Below are positions 54,349 to 64,000 of a DNA stretch of 64,000 nt, one piece after another. Below the pieces are notes generated by a model, which saw only the letters and a program-made list of their open reading frames with translations, was not told where the DNA came from and made no database searches. The position numbers and the translations under genes were made by a program. The stretch's first letter is position 1, and each line of letters starts with the position of its first letter. Source of the DNA: Sphyrna mokarran (Eukaryota); the NCBI GenBank assembly GCA_024679065.1, contig JAGIQG010000027.1:30442001-30506000 (forward strand), written 5' to 3'.

Positions 54349-57300
54349 CGCCCCAGGAAGCGGCCCTATGTTCAGAGCTACCACGGTGGCTGTTGACGAA
54401 GATGCTAACGACAGAAAGGTTGTCAGCACAAGTGATAGTGGCGGAAGAAAGGCAAGTGGATCCGCATCACCATCTGCTAACAGAAGCGTATCTGACAGCA
54501 CGTCGGGAGATGGCAAAGGAGAAACTGACAACACAGGTCATTGTGTTAGTGGAATCTCTGCCAGTTCAGGGCAAAGCAACCAGCCAGCACAATCTTTCAG
54601 CATCAGTCAGCTTAAGAACAATTCTGGCACTCCCTTACAGAAGCTTGGAGTGTCATTTTCTTTTGCGAAAAAGGTACCAGTCAGGCTTGACGTTTCAGCT
54701 TCGGTATTCAGTGATGTTGCAGAGGAACCAAATGAACCTGAAACAGCAAACACTGATGATAAAGTGTCCTCTGGTCAAGGATCACCAAAGTCGATGGAGG
54801 TTGAAGTTACAGCAAATTCTGACAAGGCTGAAGGGGCAAGTCAATCAGAAAGTGATAACGACTCTATAAATAGTACCTTATCAAAGTTGAAAAAGATGAT
54901 GAAGAAAGATGATGATACCAGTCAGTCAGAACCGGAATATTATCATTACATTCCTCCTGCCCATTGTAAAGTGAAACCTAACTTTCCATTTCTGTTGTTT
55001 ATGAAAGCTACGGATGATTCAAGTAAGTGTGTCAGTAAGAAAAATTCAGAGACTACAAAAAATAATCTGGATTTACAAAATGTGCCGAAGCCTCAGGAAA
55101 GCAAAGAAAGAGAAATTGAGACAGGTGATGTACAACAGGAAGATGGTGCTCCCAATCAGGCAACAAACACAGAGCCTGATAAAGATGCAAAGTCCCCTGA
55201 GACCATAAGCAAACAAAATTGTGAGGCCCCACCACCAAAGCCCAGTGCTTGTGAGGAAGGAAAACAGAACAATTCAGCAAGTAAAGAGGTTCTCAATGGA
55301 CCTAAACAAGCAACTGGGCCCTTTTTCCCTGTCTTAAGCAAGGATGAAAGTACCACCCTTCAGTGGCCCTCAGAACTACTGATGGTTACAAAGAGTGAAC
55401 CATGCATCTCTTATAGTTGCAATCCCCTCTACTTCGAGTTTAAACTGGCACGGAATAGGGATACTAAAGGAAAAAACAAAGGAAAAGAACGTGAGAGTTC
55501 ACATGTAGAGAATCGTGATCAAGATTCTCAGGACAAATGTACTGTAAGCGTCAGTAAGGCTGCATTGAAAACAACAAGAAGTGCAGATGATACTCAGCCG
55601 CAAGAACAGCCTTCCCCGAGTGCAAGAAAACCTGAAGCCCAAGCTGATGAAAATGACAAAACTACCAATAACAAAGACAAGAGCACAAAATCGCACAAAC
55701 ATAAGAAGAAAAAGAAGCACAAAAAGTCAGGCAAGCATTTGAGGGAGAATGCTAGTGAGAAAAAAGAAAAGCAAAAGGATGGTGAAGCACGTGATGGGAA
55801 TTCGAAGAAAAGAAAAAAACGTAAACACAAGAATAAAAACATAGATGAGAAAAGCAAAGACACTGCTGCTGGACACACTGTCCAGATGGCTACAATAAAG
55901 TTTATGGAGGAAAGCACCCAAGCACAGAAGAAAAGGCGCAGATCACAAGATGATTCCCAACATACATTTGCTGCTGTTGAAGATAGTAGTAGAAGTAGCA
56001 GCAGCAGTAGTAGAAAAGAAGATTGTCCTCAGGAGCCCAGTAGCAAAAAGCAAAAGACAGGTTCTTGTAGTGATTCAAAGAAAAGGACGTCCAGTCGGAA
56101 AGAGAACCGAAGTAGACATAGGAGCCGTGACAGCAGCAGAGATGAAGACTCTGATAGTTATGATGAATCCCATAGAAAACGATCCAGACAAAAGTCATCT
56201 TCTCATTACAGTGATGATTATGATTCAAGAAGTGACAGAAGTTACTCTAGTAGATCAAGAAGACGTCGTTCATCCTCCCAGCGATCATCACGTAGGTCCT
56301 ACTCATCTGGTTCTGATGTTTCCTCAGACTGTAGCAGATATAGTCGTCGAAGAAGCTACTCCGATAGTTACAGTGACTACAGTGATAGGTCACAACATCG
56401 CTGTAAACGATCTCATGATTCAGATTATGACTACAGAAGGTCAAGACACAAAGGAAAGAAGCACAAATATTCTTCATCAGATGACGACTATAGACGAAGT
56501 AGAAGCAGGTCTAGAAGTAGTAGCAGGGGAAGAACCCGAACCCGGACGAGGACCAGAACCATCAGTAGAACACATAGCCGAAGCAGAACTCGTAGTAGCA
56601 GCCATAGCAGGAGCCGAAGCAACCGGCGTAGTCAGAGTGCAACACAACGAAGCTGGAAACGAAGCCGTAGCTATAGCCGCAAACGCAGTGGTAGCACTAG
56701 GCACCGTACCTCACGGAGATCCATTTCAAGGGACAAAGGGTCACACAGCCATGATAGCTCCAGCGATAGAAGGTCCAGTCGAAGGAATTCTAGTAGGTCG
56801 TTTTCAAGAGATCGGGTATATCGGTCAAAATCTCCCTGTTACAGCAGAAGCAGACTGTTGGGGAAGAAAGGTGACCTTTTGAAGAAGGAAGAGAATAAAG
56901 AGGATGGTGCAAAACTGGGCAGTACTTTTCAAAGAAATCCCAGCAGTACTCCTTCCAGCATAGGGAAAATGGATTTAGAAGATGAACCAACACAAGAGGA
57001 AAGGAATTCCTTAACAGCTAAACAGCTTTTGGAAAAAATTCAGTCTAAAAAGGTTGAAAAGAAATCTGAAACAAATAGTGAAGCAGCAGCAGCAGTACCT
57101 AATAAAGTAGGAATTAAACTAAAAGATCCCCCTCAGGGTTATTTTGGACCTAAACTTCCTCCAGCTTTGGGCAATAAGGCGCTGCTTCCCTTAATTGGAA
57201 AATTACCTACAACCAAAAGACCTACCACTAAGAAAATGGAAGACTTTTGTTTGGAGAAAGGGGATAAAGAAGAGGTGCAATATCTAGCAGAACCTAAAGA

Positions 57301-58267
57301 TACAACAAAGGAAGAAGTCAATCAGCAACTCAATTGGACTATGCAAGGAGAGATTCAAACCATAGAAGAAAAATCTGAAAATGAAGAAATATCACCTTTA
57401 AATGAGAAAATACAACCAATTGCTTGTCAAACCCAATTTGTTCATAAAGGTTTCACATTGGAAACGCAAACCATCTCTGAAGCCTACATTTCTGACATAA
57501 CCACACAAGTCGAAGTCATCAAAGAACCTTCAGAATTGGGACCGCAAGATTCTGGTGAAGCTGTTATGATGCATTTTGTATCAGACCCAGAGCCATTCTC
57601 CAATTATGTCACACAGGCTGAAGTACAAGAAATTGACGAGGATTCCCAAGAAGATGCAGATTCATCAGTGGCCCCACTTGATAGACAACCTATAACATTC
57701 ACGCCTGAAGAAATGGAGAAGTACAGTAAGCTACAACAGGCAGCTCAACAGCACATCCAACAACAGCTGCTAGCTAAACAAGTGAAGACTTTCCCTACCT
57801 CAACTGCCTTAGCTCCTGCTCCAACTCTCCAGCAATTTCATATTCAACAACCATCAGCAGCTGCAACAGCAACGTCTATCACCACTGTTCACCATGCTAT
57901 ATTACAGCATCAGGCAGCTGCAGCTGCTGCTATGGGTATTCATCCACATGCACATCCACAGACTCTTGCTCAAATCCATCACATACCCCAGCCTCACCTA
58001 ACCCCCATTTCCCTGTCTCACATTGCACCATCTATTTACCCTACTCATCCTGCCACTTTCCTGACTAGCCATCCAATACATATTATACCTGCATCAGCTC
58101 TCCACGCAGGGCCCCTAGCCCTTCACCCAGTCCCCCATGCCCTGTACCCTGCTCTCTTTGCCCCTCGGCCTGCTGGAGCAGGTGCCTCTGCTCTCCATCT
58201 TCATCCTTTCCTCCATCCTATCTTTTCAGGGCAGGAACTCCAGCATCCTCCCAGTCATGGCACTTGA
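54349..58267 (+). CDS. GPATCH8: GPATCH8 large terminal coding exon: Lys-rich region, Ser/Arg-rich domain, His/Pro/Ala-rich C-terminus
   Basis: Acceptor ttttcttttgtgcag at 54348 inside the 1313-aa ORF. Motifs APGSGPMF, EPEYYHYIPPAHCKVKPNFPF, FFPVLSKDESTTLQWPSEL, SYSCNPLYF, KLKDPPQGYFGPKLPP, QPITFTPEEMEKYSKLQQAAQQHIQQQ and C-terminal HPIFSGQELQHPPSHGT are recognisable as GPATCH8. Stop TGA 58265-58267. Confidence 0.96.
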
Positions 58268-60312
58268 AGCAAGCTACAGTGAGTGAAAAGATTGGCATTG
58301 GCTTCATTTCATTAAATAACTCTACCAACAGTTAGTTTGGTATGAAAATGCTACATAGTCGCAGTACAGACTGATTCTTTTTCAACAGCCAAAGAGTTCA
58401 GGCTCAGGCCCAAGAATATATTGCAGTTTGTGTGCTTGTAATATCAGGGATTTCCATATTTTTTTTAAAAAAAGGTTAGAACCAATTATGTGGATTTCCC
58501 AAAACTCTTGGTGCATTACTCAGCAAGAGACAAGGTTAACACCTTAACTATTAATGACAGAATGCACCAATATTATATTCAGTGGGTTGGCCTCCTCTTA
58601 TCCCATTGCTAACTCCCATGTTAGTGCGAAAATCCATGTTAATCTGTCTCCATTTTATAGAATCCTTTGTCATGCGTAAATCAATGTGGTGGATGGTATT
58701 GGGATGGTTTTGTTGATTGATGCAAAAATCTCAATGGATTTTGAAACTAAGTAGTCCATAGCCTGTGATCAGTAATGGCTGAAAAATATAACCATGAAAA
58801 GTGAAATATGGTTGATAACGGATATTCACGAAGTGAATAATGGGCACCACACCTCGATGTAGCTTGCCATTGAAATCTGGGGAGATACAACCAAGGACAG
58901 CAATTGCGTGTAATTGCCCAAATAGTAGCTCTGCATAATACTTCACCGGTTTGGATTGTGAATGAGAGAATGCAGGTTTGGCGGTCCCTGATATATTGAG
59001 AGAAGAAAGGAGAGACTTTCTCGTCACATCTCAAAAGAAATCACATTTGTTTCAGCTTAAGCTAACTTCAGTAGACCAGTGGAATTTGGGGAGATGTCTA
59101 AAATCTTTGTGGGAAAAGATCTATTCCCAGAGCTGTTGTAAAACTCAACAGTCTTTGTATAAGTTATAGCTTATAATTTAAAAAAAAGTGGAAAGAATTG
59201 CACTGAACTCTGTACAGGTGATGCTGCTTTTGTAGGTTCATCCAAAACAATACATGCAGAGTACTGCAATAATATTTTTTAAAGAATAAATTCATTTGGT
59301 TTTGTGGTACTGTTCTAACATACTGCTTTGTGTAAATATGTTTGTAGGTTAAGCGATCCTTGTAAAGGTAAATGTCATAAGTTTCTGTTTATGGCAGAAA
59401 CTAAGCATGTATATTTTACCAAAACCCATGTATTTTTTGAAGTTTTTATGTACTGTAAATGTAAAATTTCTTGAAGTTTGGTTTATTTTGAGTTTTTGCA
59501 TATACAAAGTATTCAGTGAAAAAGCAACTCTGCAAAAAGTGGTGTTTGGGAGAGCTTAAGGAATCTATAAGCTAATGGATGCAGGCACAGAACTGACATC
59601 TCAATTTATAACTAATCGATTAGATTGACCAATAACTACCACATTTAACTTTTTAAAAAGTATGCAGTTAATTTGTTTTTAGGTAACTAATGCCAGAAAA
59701 AACACTTAATAGTGGTATTAGAACCACTTCTCACTTACAATAAGTTCTATTCCCAGACCAATTTAGGCATCCGTTATGATTATCTGCTTGGTTCTGCAAG
59801 GTTGATTATACTTAGCTAACAGGGTTGTTTTTAGTAAGGCAGGCTTTGCTCATGGTTCTTCAGTACAGTTCATGCGTTTTACATTAGGAATGGTTTCCTA
59901 CAATTTCACCGTAAAATAAAGTCATGAATGTGTGGATGTCTGAAAAGGCTCTGCCATTTGAAAGGCTCCGCCCTTTGAGAGTTTATTACACAGATGACTG
60001 CAAATCAGAAGCAATATTTACATAATTAAATCAAACTGAATTTTTCATCATTATGATCCAGGTTAATTTATTTCACATCCATTTTATAGCAGGTATCTAG
60101 TGTGGGCTTAAGTGTGTTTGCATTTCAAATTATGTTGTTGTGCTCATGCTTGACACAGTAATTTGAAATACTTATGCTGCCTTGCAATATGCATGGCAAA
60201 ATAAATTGAATTTGTTTTAAATTTATGTTTCAAGTTCAAATTATAAATGGCTTGCATTTGGATTGAATGAGATCAGCAGTAGTTTCAGTATTTTGAATTT
60301 TCATCCAATAAA
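58268..60312 (+). other. GPATCH8: Putative GPATCH8 3'UTR; true end uncertain
   Basis: Repeat-poor AU-rich sequence after the stop, with AATAAA at 59285, 59915, 60200 and 60307. Confidence 0.6.
59285..59290 (+). promoter_or_regulatory. Candidate polyadenylation signal AATAAA (alternatives at 59915, 60200, 60307)
   Basis: Canonical hexamer followed by GT/T-rich sequence (tttggttttgtggtactgtt). Which site is used cannot be told from sequence. Confidence 0.4.
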
Positions 60313-62289
60313 TCCAGGCTACTTACATGATTCTTTGAAACTGATTTAGAAAAAAAAGTATTATATCGGGGGTGGGTGGGGAAAGTACAGTATTAAAGAC
60401 TCTGCTGTGTTTTGAGAATACAAAGTATAGCAAGGGTTTGTTAGTTGTCAGAAAAATTATGGGGAATGCAAGCCATTGCAGGGAAATACACCAAAACTCC
60501 TCATTTTTTGAGGTATACTATCATGTAGGTCCACACGAAGAGAATGCCATTTGCCCTTTAGGAGAATCTGCTTCCAATCATCAGTTGTGTGTAATTGATT
60601 ATTTGGATTTGCCATTTGCTTATTGTTGGAGACAGCCCACGTTTTCCTTGTGGCTGAGTTCTAATTTTACAATTACTATTTCAATCTATGGGCACAGGCG
60701 ATGATGAAAAACAGGCGAGTAAAGCTGAGCAGATTGTGCCAGAGTTTGTGCACACTGTTAATCATGATGTAAGGATGCGTTTAATTGGGGCTACATTATT
60801 CTGACAAATGTTTTCCCATGTAGTTAGTTCTGTTTGATCTTGTGCTTTTTGATTCAATTCGGTCTTCTAAACACCCCAGAACATCTTACAAAGCAGCTTC
60901 TTCCATCTGTTTTAAAATGTTATATAACAAAAACTAGAAAGAAATGTAACTAGCTTATTGCATAAACTGCATATTTTATTTAACTTTCTGTCACAAGAAC
61001 ATGCAGAATATTACTGTACAATAGGAGAAAACCTTTATAACAATAAAGTATGGATAATTTGTGAACTCTGTCTTTATTTATTGGAAACTGACCATTTTGC
61101 TGCAGTTTACAAGTGCAGAAACACTGGAATTCAGAAGATCTGACCCAGTCACTACCAGTATTCTAAGGAGTCTTTTCCATTGGTAAAGTAGACATTACAG
61201 GGAAGGATGGAGTGAAAACTCCCAACAGTGGAGTGGCATTTTTGCTAAGTGCCAAGAAAGGTTTGATTAGTCCAAATAGGGTTTCATTACTATTTTGCTT
61301 CAAAGCCATCAATTTATATTGCGGTGTTAGCGGGTTTTGTATATGGTTGTTTTCTCACTATTGATGTTGCGTTTTGTTTTTATTTTAACTGCATACTAGT
61401 AGATCTGATGGAAAGCCAGAACAAAATGAATTGGCTTCATTTATGAGGGCGTAGATTGGAGGATCTGCTTTAAATGGTAGAAGTGTGCAGCTAAGTAGAC
61501 GTTGTCGTTGAATTGAGGGACAGGGACAACCACGGCAGCTGTCCATATAATTGTGCAACAGGCAACTTTGTAATAGGGCAGTACAACTAGGAGCATGATT
61601 GGTGAATAAAGAGTGAGAGACATAGCCAATTTAATTACTATATATTGACATTGCAATCTCTAATCTGTGCTATAATAATAGAAAATGTGCACCATATTGT
61701 CATTTGCTCCATTTCTAGTTATCCTGATTTGTAACTTCCATAGGCAGTTACAATTTGTCAGATAGGTTGATATTAAATGAAAATTGTCTAGGAAGTATGT
61801 TCCTTTTGCTACCATTTCCACCTGATGACTGTCCTACCTCTATATAAATCATTTTTGCAAACCACACCATGTTTTTTTCCTTATTGAAAGCAGTTTTCAC
61901 TTTTGGAACATTGTATTTCCCCTTAAAACCTGACACTTGTTTCATAAAGTACAGTAGCTTTGTTATATTTTGAAGAAGTTAAACACAGCCTTTTGAGGTT
62001 TCATCATTTCTAATTGTGAAAGTTTATCAATACCAGTCTGTCATCTATATGAAGTGAGAATGAAAGAACATGGAAAAACTACAGCACGAACAGGCCGTTC
62101 GGTTTACCAGTTGCACTGATCGTATCCCTACCTACTAGGCTAACCTATAACCCTCAATTCTATTACGTCCGATGTACTCATCCAGAAGTCTCTTAAAACT
62201 CTTAAAGTCTGTTGCTCTTTTCCCCCTTCTCCAATTACAGCCATTCAGAAAATGAACCTGATTATTTTATTTCCCTCCTTCACCATCCA

Positions 62290-62545
62290 ATCCAAAGATG
62301 TGCAGGTGAGGTGTATTGGTTATCACAAATTCTCCCTTAGTATAACTGAACAGGCACCAGAGTGTGGCAACTAGAGGATTTTCACAATAACTTCATTGCA
62401 GTTTTAACGTAAGCCTACTTGTGACACTAATAAATAAACTTTACTTTAAGAAGTCTCACTACACCAGGTTAGAGTTCATTTGGAATCACAAGCATTTGGA
62501 GCACTGTCCTTCATCAGACCATGATGGCATCTCCACATCTTGGCC
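62290..62545. mobile_element. Partial V-SINE (+) abutting a Penelope pLTR fragment (-)
   Basis: tccaaagatgtgcagg...gtaagcctacttgtgacactaataaataaac, then aagtctcactacaccaggtta...ccttcatcag. Confidence 0.65.
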
Positions 62546-63074
62546 ACTTAATTACAGCGCTTGCGTCTTAAATGATTCCAATATTCTTGCTTTCAATACC
62601 GTATCCTGTAGCACTGACATTTGTTGTCAACTTTTAGAATGGCTTTCAACTTGCTTTTCACACGTTTGGATTTCATAAAATCATGAAGCACAGAAGGATA
62701 TCATTTGCCCCACCTTGCTGATGCCAGCTCTTTGAACAAAATACTTGCTTAATCCCATTCTATGTTTTCCCCGTAACCTCGGAAAATCTTCCACTTCAAT
62801 CAAATTTTATCCACTTCCCTTTTGAAAGTTATTTGAACATCGACCATCTTTTCAGACGCTACCTGCCAGATCACAACTGCTCATAGGCAAAAAATATTTA
62901 AATGCTATCAACTCTGATCATTTTGCTTTTGGTCCAGTTCACCAATTTCTACATGTCTTTGTAAAGTATATTGTTATTTGCAGTTCACTAAATTTCTGAA
63001 TTTTTGTCACTGCAAACTTTGAAATTATGTTTGGTCCTCCCAAGGTAAGTCATTGAATACGCTAAAGTGAATGT

Positions 63075-63360
63075 AGTCACAAGTAGGCTTAAATTCACAC
63101 TGCAATGAAGTTACTGTGAAAATCCCTTAGTCACCATACTCCGGTGTCTGTTCGGGTACACAGAAGGAGAATTTAGGATGGCCAAGCCACCTAACCTGCA
63201 AATCTTTGGACTGTGGGAGGAAACCAGAGCACCTGGAAGAAACCCGTGTTGACATGGGGAGAACATACAAAGTCAATATAGATAATGACCCAAGCTGGGA
63301 ATCAAATCCTGGTTCCTGATGCTGTGAGGCAGCAGTGCCAATCACTGTGCCGATGTGCCT
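63075..63360 (-). mobile_element. V-SINE/HE1-like copy with the alternative tail
   Basis: gtcacaagtaggctta...ggactgtgggaggaaacc...gaggcagcagtgccaatcactgtgcc. Confidence 0.85.
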
Positions 63361-63509
63361 CCACGAAGAATTAGTAGTCCTAACTGACCCATGGGAGGGC
63401 GGGGGGAGCGATTACTACTGCACACTTGCCTCCAGACTGAAAAATGACACTCACCACGATTCTGCTTTCTATCCCTTAAGAAAACACACATGATGTTTTT
63501 TGTCGTACT

Positions 63510-63830
63510 TTTCACAACAATTAGACGTCTTGTTTTACTATCATTGAAGTACTCAACAACATTATGCAGATTAACAATAATAGAGAAATAAATGCCATTA
63601 AAGAACAACAAATCCTCAGGAGTAAATGGTTTCCATCATGTGGTGTTAAAAGAAGTCAGTGAAAATAATATAGATGCTTTCACTGTAATCTTTGAAAGTT
63701 TTCTTGATTTGGGAACTATGCTTTAGATTGGAAAATTCTGCATGCTCCTTTGCTATTTAAGAAAGGTGACAGAAGGATAGGAGGCTATTCAAACCAGTTG
63801 CGTATCAGCTGTTGGGAAATTACCCAAGTA
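63510..63830 (+). mobile_element. CR1-like LINE fragment
   Basis: aaatcctcaggagtaaatggtttccatc...ttagattggaaaatt...ctatttaagaaagg ('KS.G..G.H...DWK....LFKKG'). Confidence 0.65.
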
Positions 63831-64000
63831 ATGCGTCCCTATTTGCCTACTCCAACCTGCCTGACATCTCACAAGGAGAGAAGAGATATCAGGCAGCTCA
63901 CTACCCCCTGAATCTATTAAGGTCATCCAGTTCTCTGCTGGTATTTTACCCGCTGGGAGTTGAGAGTGGTGGCCATGCCATATATTTTGTCGGGCGGGGA

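Overview
Eukaryotic, AT-rich vertebrate DNA; the repeat families (V-SINE/HE1-like, DeuSINE, CR1, L2, RTE, Penelope) point to a cartilaginous fish, probably a shark. The window holds the 3' part of GPATCH8 on the + strand: a C2H2 zinc-finger exon (39043-39186), a 131-nt exon (53058-53188) and a ~3.9-kb terminal coding exon (54349-58267) followed by an AU-rich 3'UTR. The three exons splice in frame. I could not find the upstream G-patch exons by eye, so 1-39042 is probably one long intron. Almost all other ORFs in the track are spurious or decayed transposon remnants. The most interesting observations: (1) a ~380-bp inverted copy of unique intron sequence inserted into a SINE that itself sits in an RTE LINE, giving a long pre-mRNA hairpin; (2) a Penelope-like element with an inverted pseudo-LTR and several hammerhead-ribozyme relics; (3) candidate poison/cassette exons in this splicing-factor gene; (4) long repeat-poor intronic blocks. 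I see no convincing new biological system. Repeat boundaries and family names come from reading by eye and are approximate.
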